A stretch of DNA of 64,000 nucleotides from Azolla caroliniana. Lineage: Eukaryota > Plantae > Polypodiophyta. A model generated the notes under the pieces. The model was not told where the DNA came from. It did not search any database and worked only from the letters and a program-made list of their open reading frames with translations. How positions within the stretch are numbered: the stretch's first letter is position 1; every line of letters starts with the position of its first letter. The position numbers and the translations under genes were made by a program. Positions 35,930-47,387 of the stretch are shown here, one piece after another. The DNA is taken from assembly GCA_043228905.1 (NCBI GenBank), contig JBHGNT010000008.1, forward strand, positions 15,624,001 through 15,688,000. Direction: 5' to 3'.

Positions 35930-38900
35930 AGGTGGTGTAGGTCCCAGATAAGGTTTAAGGCGAAACCCATTCACTTTCTGTCGTAACACTTCCCCGGCCA
36001 GTGTGCCTAGTTGAAACGTGCCTTGTTCTGCTCCTACTATCCAGTACGGGCCTGTCCAACGGAATCATAATTTTCCTGGCATATGCCCCATGCGGGTTTG
36101 GAAAACTAATACCGCACTTCCAACCGTAAAATCTTTTTCACGCGCATGCCAGTGTCGGTCAACAAATGCTTTGCGCCGCCATTGTTCCTGCTCTAATATG
36201 GCCATACTACGTACCCTTTTTTCTCCTAGCTCTAGTAGTCTCTGTAGCCGTATTTGTGCAGATTTGCCATTTGGTAGCCGGGCTCGTATTTGGATCTATA
36301 GACTAGGTACCTGGAATTCAACTGGCATCATGGCCTCCAGACCAAATGCCAGCCTGAACGGTGTTGATTGTATGCTGCTCTTATAGCTGGTACGGTATAC
36401 CCATAACGCGCTATGCAACTTGGGGTCCCAATCCGTCCTGTTCTTATTGACTATCTTTTTGAGGATAGTTTGGAGGGTTTTGTTCGTGGATTCCGCCAAG
36501 CCATTTGCCTGTGGGTAATACAACATACTTTTCTTGTGCACCACCGCGTAATATTGGGTCAATTCATTGATGACCGTATTCAAAAAGTGACTCCTTGGTC
36601 ACTAATGAGCTCGATAGGGCAGCCGAAACGACACCATATGTGTTTGTACAGGAATTTCTCCGTGATTGCCGCAGTATTCTCGCGTAGTGGTTTCGCTTCT
36701 ACCCACTTCGTGCAGTAATCTGTAGCCACCAGGATGTACTTATTGCCTATTCAAGCGGCCGTCGGGGTAAAAGGTCCCACGAAATCTAACCCCCACTTTT
36801 GGAAAGGATCTAGTGGCAACACTGGTTGATGTGGCATTCTTGCGACTTCTGTGGGCTGGCCCAGTCATTGGCATAAATCGCACTGCCTGCAATAATTCAT
36901 ACGCGTCCTTTTGCGTCATCGGCCACCACAGTCCTGTTTGCCAAATTTTCTAGGCCGTAACATCGCCCGCGTAATGTCCTCTTGCCGTACCACAATGGGC
37001 TTCATGTAGAACCGCGGCCTTCTCATCCAGATGCCATCACTACCCTTGTGGTATAGTATATTTTCCACTAAACAAAAATTCCGACTATGGACGGGCAACC
37101 GTTTTTTCTCATCTATTCGTAATTGGGGTGGCGGTAACCCCGTGGTCAGGAAGTAGGTCATTTCTATGTGCCACCAGTCTGGGAAGGTCTTTTCCATTCA
37201 TTCTGCTAGTGCTGCTACTCGTAGAATGTCTGCATCCGGAAAGTCGTCGTCATCCCTCTGCGCCGTTTCTCCATTATCGAGTCTGCTCAAAAAATCTGCC
37301 ATTGCGTGTTGCGTACTTGGGCGGTGCTGAATTACAAAGTCGAATTCTTGAAGTAGCAGCATCCATCTCGCCAATTTCCCCGTCAGCACTTGTTTCTCCA
37401 CCAGATACAACAGTGCCGAATGATCCACGTGAAACGTGAATTTTCGCCCTAGCAGATAATGCCGAAACTTATTGATGTTGTAGATCATCCCCAACGCCTC
37501 ATGTTCCGTTGTGGAATAGTTACGCTCCGCCGTTGATAATTTTCGACTAGCATAGTACACCGACCGGTACCAATTCGGCTCCGTGAGCTGCATTAGCGCA
37601 CTTCCTATTGCTATGTCCGAGGGATCTACGAACACGTGGAATGGCTTTGCCCAAACTGGTGGTTGTACAATGGGTGCCTGCGTTAGCATTACCTTTAGCA
37701 CATCATATGCCTTTTCTTCCATCGTTGTCCATTGGAAGGGAGTCCGATGAACGACGACATGTAACAGCATGGCAAAGTACACCAAATAGCGTATCATCCA
37801 ACTGTGCCATCGTATTTGTCCTAAAAAACGGCCGAGTGATTTCGCATTTGTTGGCGTTTTCGCTTGGGTAATCGCAGAGATTTTATTTGGATCGACCGCT
37901 ATCCCTTCCTTGCTGACTGTATGGCCAAGGAGAGCTCCGCTGGTAACGCCGAAGGCACATTTGGCAGGATTCAGGCTTAAGCGTGCGGTGCGGCAACGTT
38001 CCATGCACAATTGCAGATGCGTAAAATGGTCGGTTATTCTCCCATATACCGCAAAATCGTTTAAAAAAACTTGCATGAAGGCCGGAATATATTCCCCAAA
38101 AATCTCCGTGATTGTCCGTTTAAATGTCGTTGACACCGTCTTTAGCCCAAACATCCTGACGACTGCAACATAAACTCCCTAGTCCGTGACAAACGCCGTC
38201 TTCTCTTGGTCATCGGGGTGCATGTGTACTTGGTTGTACCCACTGAAGCCATCTAAAAAACTGTACATGTCATGCCCCGCGACGGCATCCAGTACGCTAT
38301 CGGTGAAGGGTAAAGGGAATGCGTCCGTAATGGTTACAACGTTTAATTTTCGGTAGTCCACGCATACCCGTATTTTGCCATTTTTCTTTGGTACGACTAC
38401 GATCGGGCTTAACCATGTAGCTTGTTTAACTGGGCGTATGAATCCCACCTTGAGGAGTTTGTCAAATTCTTCTTTTACGTGGGCCGCGTAGTTTGGGTTC
38501 ATGCGGTATCGACACTGCTAGACCGGTTTCGCGTCGGTTGCTAAATTGATGTTATGTTGATAGAACTTCGGATCTAACCCCTTCATGTCCTCGTGGGCCC
38601 AGGCGAACACATCTTTATACTTCTTGAGTAGTGTTATCATCGCCTCTCTCTGGTCCGGCCTTAATTCTTTTGCGATGGAGAGGAAACAAAGTTCTGACGC
38701 CGTACCCACGTTTACTTCTTCTAGGGCTGAGGCGGTGACTCACCGTGAAATTTCCATTTCCATCTCGAACGCTGCCCGTGCTCTGCTTAGTTCTAATATT
38801 GACTCCGGGTTTGGTTCATAAGCCTCGTCATGGAGTGTAGTGGGCGTGGCATATTCCACCGCGGTTTCGATAACGTCGATTTCGAACAAAGGAATAATCC

Positions 38901-41900
38901 GAGGGTGCTCGTCTAGGTATGCCTCTAATTCTGTATCATCCACCCCAACCAACATATTTATATTCTCCGCGTACAATGGTGTTATGCCCTTGGGTTGTGT
39001 CGCCATTTCCTCTATTGGTATGCGGACCTTGGTGCGTCTGCGTCGAAAGCTGATACACTTGTGTTGCCAGCTCTACTTGATATTCGCTGAACGAAGCCAT
39101 GGTCTGCCCAACAGCATAGGATATGCCCCTAGGGTGTCAAGGGCGAGGACTATCGCCGAGATGTCAAAGCGATGTCCTCCCACGATAATGCCTACCTTGC
39201 GTATCAACCCCAATGGTCGTACTGAGTGGGTATCTGCCATGCGGAGCCAGAATGAGCAAGCTTCCCATTCTGAAATTCCCAATTGTTCTCATGTCTTCGC
39301 GCTAATTACATTAACGCCCGAGCCGCCATCGATTACGCATCTTGGGATTTCCTGACCGTGTAATATCAACTTAATAGCCGGGTTGTGGTGATCCACTACT
39401 ATCGGTCTGTCGCTAATGGTCGTAAAATTCGCGGCGACGCTTACCCCAAGTCTGCCCGTCACCCACTCTTCCACGACCTGGCGGAATCGTGGGACTAGCT
39501 GCAGCAGTTTCTCCATGGTTAACGTTATCTCGCAGCCTGTCAGTGCTTGCCATATGGGGTCCAAGGATGGTCCCTCATCCTCCAATAGCTCCACCGTGTT
39601 TGCGGACTCTTTCCGCATGCACTCCGTATTTGTCGCGTTTGCTTTTTCAACCCATGCCTGGGCTATCCGCCGTATCTCATCTTGCGCGACCCAATCAACA
39701 GTTTTTGTTTGCTGATGTGTCGTGACTTGCTGTACTTCCGTCATAATCGTATTGATGGTGGGCCCCTTGCCCTTGCGTACTGGGCATTGTGTGGCATAAT
39801 GTCCGGGCTGTTGACAAACAAAACAATGGATGCTAGATTCGCCCTTCTCGGCCCTTGGTGGTGTGTGCCGATCCCCAGGTGTGACTTGCTCCTCCCGGTC
39901 CTGATTTGTTCGTCGGAGCGTACACAGTGGTTGTTGTTGGTCCCAGCGTGGTTCCTGGTGCCGGTCATCGTCCGAACTTTCGTCATACCGCCCCGATATT
40001 GCCAATGCTTTCCGCGAGGTCCATTGAAGCCGCCACGTTTGTTTGTTGGATGGTAATTCTCATAGCGTCGGCCCCCTTTAGTATTTTTGGGGTGGCCACG
40101 GTAGTCTTCATCCTCTAGCTCGTCTTCCTCGGAATCGTTGTGATTCCGACGATTCCGGTAGTGCCGGTCATCGCGTGGATTGCGATCCATATACCGTGGT
40201 CGGTCTTCCTACCGCCTTTGTTCATTATGGCGTGGGGGACGTTGTGTGTCCACGTTGCGTACTGTGGGCGTGGCTCTGTTCAACATATTATACTCGCACT
40301 GCTCAACTGTGTGAGCTTTCGAGTGACAGATTGGACAGTGGATTCACATGTTGCATTCAACTACGGAATGCCCCAAATTCAAGCAAATCGTGCACTGGAT
40401 CGCTTGACGAAAATGTCGTTCCTCGTCCTGAGGTAACGCTTGTCGTAATGAGGACATGGAAAACCCTTCCTCTTCTTTGTCCAGCTCGAGTTGTAGCGCT
40501 CTTTCTATGACCATATCGGCCATTTCCCCTTTCACGCTATTGTTGTTGAGCGTTGTCCGTATGGGTCGGCGTAATGCTGCCAAAAATGTCTCCCTAGCCT
40601 CGTCCTCCATAGATTTTGGAAACGTAAGTTGAAATCCGCGACTGTCTCGTCGGCAACTGCCTAATTGTGTAGAACTGCCCGAGGATTTTGCGTTGTGGCA
40701 CCCTCTGATGAAAAAACCGTAGAAAGGTTGACTGCAACTGGTCGAAGGTCGTGATTGCTGGCAGATCCATCTGTGAATGCCAAAACGCCGCTCTGCCATC
40801 CAAGGTTAATCCGAACTCCGTCATTTTGGACTCGTGCGCTACTGCCTCGGAAAGGCTCTGCGCCATGTGGTTTGCATTCCAAACATTGAGGAACAGGCGG
40901 ATGTGGGTTGCAGTGTCGGTTTCGCCGTTGAAGCGGGGATAGGAAAAGGCCATGTTGGGTGCTACGGCGGTTAGGGAAAGACCACAATGCTTTTGTGGTG
41001 AGCGCACTTCCCGCGTATCGCCGAGGTATTTGGAGAGCGAGAAATCGTCTTTGTGGTCCCGACAGGTAGTACTGAGGTCACTGAGGCGAGGCTTTTGCCG
41101 TGCGCGTTCCTCTGCCTAGCATGTGATGGACCTTGTGATTGGCCAGTCTTGTTGTGTTGGTTCTCTGGGGCGTCTTCGGCTAAACATCCATTTGTCGCTG
41201 TTCGTCTGTGAGAAGACACGGATCACCAAGCGTGCCAAAAGTGTTACCGATTAGGAACATGGTCTATGGTTAGTCCTTCGACCTAGACCTCAAAGTGACT
41301 GTGTGACGACGAATGGTAGCATCTATGCGTAATACTTAGTGGGATACCTCCTGTAACCTAGCAACGTATAAGGGAGACGGCTACAACCGAACTCCTTAGA
41401 CAGTGGGCTAGCGCACACACCGTTACTCACGCCTACGCTCTTAAGGATTACAGACACACAATAGATTAACCACAGATACACACAGATATCAGAGAAGATA
41501 GAACTCTATTAAGATACGCCTTTTACATTCAAAATTACACGCTACCTTTATCAGAGGTTTTTTTCCCTTTATATACCCAGGGTCTTTTAGCCGTTCACAC
41601 TTCCCGCATGAACCGTTACATGCGTTACAATACTATTCTATTCCATATTACTGCGCTCTTGTCCGTCGGTTACTATTCCGACGGACAACACGAACCGGGG
41701 AGGGGTTCGAAGAGGCCTCCCTTCGAATTGGATAGGGGTTCAAAGCGAGCTGTGAGGGGAGGCAACGAGGCCACACATGAAGCGGCCCGGTGGCGGCCAC
41801 AGGAGGCGGTGAGGGTTGTGGTGTTGGCGGGGGCCGAGAGTGCAGGAAGAGCGATGAAGGAGAAGAGAGAGTCGTGAGGGGGAAAGAGGAGTGGGGAAAG

Positions 41901-41901
41901 G

Positions 41902-43130
41902 TGTTGGGAGATAGGTCCCTCCGAATGGGAAGGGAGAAGAACAGTGCCGATGAACAAACTCGGCCGAGGCCGAAACCGGATGAGGAGTACCCGGCTACGG
42001 AGAGCCGGATGGTACAGACCCGATGAAGACCGGATGAGGAGTACCCGGCTACGGAGAGTCGGATGGTACAGACCCGGTGAAGACCGGATGAGGAGTACCC
42101 GGCTACGGAGAGCCGGATGGTACAAACCCGATGAAGACCGGATGAGGAGTACCCGGCTACGGAGAGCCGGATGGTACAGACCCGGTGAAGACCGGATGAG
42201 GAGTACCCGGCTACGGAGAGCCGGATGGTACAGACCCGGTTGAGAACCGGATGAGGAGTACCCGGCTACGGAGAGCCGGATGGTACAGACCCGGTGAGAA
42301 CCGGATGAGGAGTACCCGGCTACGGAGAGCCGGATGGTACAGACCCGGTTGAGAACCGGATGAGGAGTACCCGGCTACGGAGAGCCGGATGGTACAGACC
42401 CGGTGAGAACCGGATGAGGAGTACTCGGCTACGGAGAACCGGATGGTACAGACCCGGTGAGAACCGGATGAGGAGTACTCGGCTACGGAGAGCCGGATGG
42501 TGCAGACCCGGAACCGGATGAGGAGTACTCGGCTACGGAGAGCTAGATGGTGCAGACCCGGTGAGAACCGGATGAAGAGTACTCGGCTACGGAGAGCCGG
42601 ATGGTGCAGACCCGGTGAGAACCGGATGAGGAGTACTCGGCTACGGAGAGCCGGATGGTGCAGACCCGGTGAGAACCGGATGAACAGACATATTCGTAAA
42701 TATGTTTCTTAGAGTCCATCATGGCTATATTTGTAAATAGCCAAAAAGTCATATTAGTATAAATATGACTTAGGGCAAACTTTTAGCGGTTGTTGTTATT
42801 CTTGTTTACACGAGACCAGAGTGCGTAACAGTGTACAGAGAGTGAGAGAGAGAGGAAGAGGTCGTTGCCTCTGATTGGAACTGCCGCCTGTGGCGAAGAT
42901 CGTGAGCACGAGGTCGTTGCCTTTGTGAATTCACTGTTGTACATTCTAACATAGTGATAGTTTGCAGCCTGTGGGCTGCCGTGGTTTTTTCCCTAGTTTG
43001 GGTTTTCCACATAAACATCCTGTGTACTCTTCTCTTTTCTGTGTCAAACATCTATTTCCCGTTTTCTGTGTATGATTCTAAGCTTGGTTGTGGCCGAGCA
43101 TTGCGTATAGGGAGCGTGCAGCTCCTGTCA
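41902..43130 (+). mobile_element. Solo LTR of the same Copia family with ~13 copies of a ~53-bp repeat
   Basis: TG..CA ends, TSD AAAGG on both sides, homologous to LTR 35179-35929. Confidence 0.95.
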
Positions 43131-43320
43131 AAAGGAAGGCAAAAAAGAGAGGACCTAAAACTACCATGCAAAATAATACGTAAAAGAACGAGACGGACAA
43201 AAATAGATAGACCACAACTAGAAATAATCGCCCAAGGTGCCCCTAAAATTAAAGGGTAACTCCAAGATTGTAAATACTAATACTTATACCGAAAAAGGCA
43301 AAATTGCGGGTGGGGAGTAT

Positions 43321-43797
43321 TGTCTAATAAGTATGGTAACAACAGTCGGGGGAGAAGATGGGCTGAGTAGTTGATGAGCGAAGTGACATAAGGTAGGGGG
43401 AGGGGTTAAAAGGGTGTGGGGTGTGCCAAGGTTTATGTGCAGATGGTAGAGTTGGACGGGAGTCCACTGGGGGTTTTGTGAGAGTTTGGGAAATTTAGGG
43501 GTTTTTGGGTGGGATTGAGGGGGCGGGTGTGGGGGGTGCGTTGTTCGAGTGTTGTCTGTTACCGTACGAGATGTACGGATGATTGATAACTGTGATAAGT
43601 GAGGGTGAAAGATGTAACGTGTTGATATGTATGTGTAATCTTATATGATTATGAGTGTGAATGTAAGTGTGAGTGTGGTGGATACAAAGAGGTGTGAGTG
43701 AGTGACTAGGTGTGAATGCCCAAGGGGCTTGCACCCTTGTGTATCTACCCTTTTGTACCTATTTAACCCCTTATGGGGAATGAATGCATACGATGAT

Positions 43798-43852
<55 letters not shown>

Positions 43853-44098
43853 TCTCTCTCTCTCATCTCTCTTCCTCTCTCTCCCCTTAATGTTGAACCC
43901 CCTTGGGAGGGGGGTGGAGCCATTCTAGGCACCACCCCCCACCCCTCAATGTTTGTCTTGTTCTTCATGATCTCTCTTACCATTATACTCTCCATCATTT
44001 TCACTATTACACCATGTCTATCTTCATCATCAATCATTATCATTATCATTAACCCTAACCCTAAAAATAATAACACTTTTTGGCGACCACTAAGGCGA
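43321..44098 (+). mobile_element. Probable LTR (43321-44075) preceded by a PPT-like tract and followed by a PBS-like motif
   Basis: GGGTGGGGAGTAT|TGTC...TAACA|CTTTTTGGCGACCACT. Contains a (CT)n tract at 43802-43870. Confidence 0.55.
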
Positions 44099-44767
44099 CC
44101 CCCCTTTGGAGACGAAGTCGAAGACTAATATGTGGCAGAGACAGCAACGACGAAATGTGCGATAATGGTGATGATGATGTGTGAGAAATCAAATTTATGA
44201 TGAGTAGCAAATCGAATAGGTAATGTGCAAGAAATGGCGACCACAATGTGTTGGAAATGGCCATGATAATGAAAAAAAAGAAACAATCATAGCGACAACG
44301 GGAATGACAGAGATCGACAACAACAACGATGGCCGGACCGAAGATGAGTGGGACGACAACCGGATAGCCCGGAGGGGTAGTTGTTTGTGGAGCATGCGGT
44401 GGGTGAGGGGGTGGTTGGAGGCGGGGAGGAGGGAGGGTGAGGGCGAGGAGGCGACTGGGTGTCGGGTTCATCAGGTGAGTCGTGGTCCCACTCTAGGCCG
44501 ATCTCCGGGGGGGGCGGGGGGGGAGAAGGGGGGTGCAGGGGTAGGAGGGCACGAGCACGAGCCTCATCGAACGTCATGAGTTGATACTCGCGGGAGACGT
44601 CGAGGTATAGGGCTAATTCCGGTATGTCGTCAGCCTCGAGGTTGGTGGGCCAGTTGAACGTGGCATATTCGATGCTGAATATGTGAGTACGAACCCCGAC
44701 ATCCCAGGCGGTTTGCTAAGCGCGTATTAGCCAGAGGAAACCGAAAGGGGGTACGAAGGTCGTTGTG

Positions 44768-45647
44768 TTTTCCAACAGGGTGCGGGTGAGGGTGTCGGCG
44801 ATGTGGTGTAAGTGCACCAATGTTGCGAAGAGGTGGGCTAGTTGGTCTTAGATGACTTGCATTGTGACATCAGAAGGGTAGGTGAAATAGATCAGGTCAG
44901 AGATGTCTAAGTCGGGGGTGAGGGTGGTGTAAAGGTAGGCCATACCTTCGAGGAATAAAATGGGGAGGTGTTGGGGGAAGAGGTCGCCGGCTGGGGGAGC
45001 AGGTTTTCCAACAGGGTGCGGGTGAGGGTGTCGGCGATGTGGTGTAAGTGCACCAATGTTGCGAAGAGGTGGGCTAGTTGGTCTTTGATGACTTGCATCG
45101 TGACATCAGAAGGGTAGGTGAAATAGATCAGGTCGGAGATGTCTAAGTCGGGGGTGAGGGTGGTGTAAAGGTAGGCCATACCTTCGAGGAATAAAATGGG
45201 GAGGTGTTGGGGGAAGAGGTTGTCGACTGGGGGAGCAGGTTCTTCGGTGGCTTCCTGGTACAACATGAAGAGGGCAAGGGCGTGGTTGTCTTCAGGGAGT
45301 ACTCGGATGAAGGTCTGCTGATCTGGGGGTGTGGTGTCGTCAAAGACTACGCGACGCGTGGTGGCTAACGACCGAAGGACGCACGTTGCTTGGATGAGGA
45401 GGGTGCGTGGTGTTGGTGGTGCAGTGAAAAGTTCGGAGAGCAGGGAGGTCGACGTCACGTACACCGAGAGTGCCTGGATCATATTCGGAGAGCCAGTTCG
45501 GGGAAGGAGAGGGGTCTGAACGGTGGAGGGGTCTGTCACGCCGGGGGTGAGGGCGTGTTCAAGGGCGGCTTTGGACGTGCGGAGTTGGAGGATGTCATTT
45601 TCGAGGTCGGCATCGGTGTTTGATGAGGAGACATCGGTTCCGTTCAT
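44768..45647 (-). other. Uncharacterised TE-internal ORF (246 aa) with a ~237-bp tandem duplication at its 3' end
   Basis: ORF 44907-45647. 44768-45004 duplicates 45004-45240. No recognisable motif. Confidence 0.4.
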
Positions 45648-45747
45648 TGGCGCACATTGCTAACTTGCTTGGAAGGAATGGACCCACTAATGGGCTGTAC
45701 AGATCTAGGGCTGCTGTCCAACCAAACGGCTCCTATTTTGGCTGGAC

Positions 45748-47387
45748 TCAATTGTTTAACTCTTCATCTAATTGACTAAGGATTTCAAATTTATTTGAGA
45801 TACTTGGGCTATTAGTACTATGAATACTATCAAACACTCTATTAGTAATATTAATACTATCAAACACTCCTAAGGGAAGAATTGACTCGGGTTTAGTACA
45901 TGCTACAATTTGATTTACCTGTCTTCTTGGCCTATGGGGACAATTGATTGCGATATGGCCTGGTCCACCGCAATAAAGACATAATCGATTTGCACGTTGT
46001 CGTTGCTTTTCTTCTTCTGATAACGGGCCGCGTCGACGCATGGTATCGATCTCCATCGGTGTCGAAGTATTTGCTTGAGGTATGTTTCGTGCAAACGGTT
46101 TAGCCACGACTGCGGTGTAAGTGGGCTCCGGCCTAGCGCGTGGTATCTGTAATTGACGTTCTGAACGCCGTTCCAAAAGGCGGTTGTCACATCAAACCGC
46201 TCGACTGATTACCTCCGTAAGAGAATTTGGTTCTTCGGGGAAAGTTAGAAGTAGATCTTTGACATCGTTTCACAGGCCATAGCGAAACTGCTCCATTAGT
46301 GCTTGATCATCCCAGGGTATGTCTGAAGCGAGTAGGCGGAAATCCGCCGCGTAGGCAGAGGCTGGATGATCGCCTTGACACAATCGCCGGATCTTGTTGA
46401 TCGCCGTCTTGATGCTATCGGTGTCTCCAAAGCAGGCTTTGAACTCACTAATAAAATCTTCAAAGTTATTACGCAAGGGCGATTGTTTTTCTAGAAGCGG
46501 AGCGAACCATGCTAAGGCTGAGCCGCTAAGCAATGTGCCTATTCAGCCGACTCGGGATGCATCAGTGGGGTATCGGGAAGGATGCATTTGGAGGACTAAT
46601 CGTACCTGATTAAGGAATCCCCTGAATTGCGATTGCGTTCCATCAAATTTCACAGGAAGTCCAATCTTCGACTCTTTATGAAATCCTTGGGGACTTGATC
46701 CTTGTTGTTGCAATGCTGCTTCGAGTTATTGCACCTGTAACGCTAACTCCCCATATTGTTGCTACGTTTGTTGCTTTTCTAGAGCGATTTGTTGCAGATC
46801 CCCTATCAGCCGTTGGTTTTCTTGTTCCAAGGCAACAAATTTTTCTTTTAAGCACTGTAGCTCGGAGAAAACGGATTGATATTCTTGGGCGCTAACAGTA
46901 GCCATAGTATAGGGAAAAGGGTAGGAGGACCAAATTGGTTCAAACTGTCAGGAATAGTACTAAAGCAGAGATGGAATTAGTACTAAAGAAGAGCAGTACT
47001 ATTAGTACTAAGGGGACGGGACTGCGTAAGATTCTCGAGAGAGGAAGTGAGAAGAGGAGAGAGAGAGAGATAACGAGAATGAGAGAGAGAGAAGGATGAT
47101 GACAACAGCTCTTATATTATGTGAAAAGATAAGTACAAATCGGCTAAGAGGCTTAAGACTGGCGTTGAACCAATTTGGTTCAAAACAATGCCTTGTGCCT
47201 CCTTTTATAGTGTTTTTAGGAATAATCCTGAAGCTTCTAGAATGTTCTAGAGAGATCTGGAATATACATCAATTTTCTAAGATAAAGTATAAATGAGAAT
47301 AATATCCTACAAATTACAATTCATAGTCTAATGGTAAGAGCTCGACCCATGTAGCATAAGGTCATGGGTTCGAGTCTTGCCATATCA
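45748..47387 (-). mobile_element. Chromovirus-type (Tcn1/Tf1-sushi-like) Gypsy 5' LTR (46946-47387) plus degenerate gag
   Basis: Gag motifs LPVKFDG...FRGFLNQ, LSGSALAWF, PMEID, CLYCGGPGHIAINCP. LTR is TG..CA-bounded. No tRNA-type PBS. Confidence 0.85.

Larger units (their letters stand above)
28220..41690 (-). mobile_element. Full-length degenerate Ty3/Gypsy non-chromovirus (Athila/Tat-like) element with extra 3' ORFs
   Basis: 449-bp LTRs at 28220-28668 and 41242-41690; TSD CAAAC/CGAAC. Order on the minus strand: gag (~41000, CCHC knuckle CFVCQQPGHYATQC), protease (IDGGSG), RT (VCVDYRKLN, LDGFSGYNQ), RNaseH (AERNYSTTE), integrase (YYPQANGLAE). Many stops and frameshifts. Confidence 0.93.

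Noticed and set aside
41975-42685. Regular ~53-bp repeats resembling a CRISPR array (also 48252-48690)
   Set aside because: Units are head-to-tail with no unique spacers, lie inside TSD-flanked LTRs, and no cas genes are present.
43771-44128. ORFs with ERERER / SLSLSL runs (also 24505-25088)
   Set aside because: Translations of microsatellite and low-complexity DNA.
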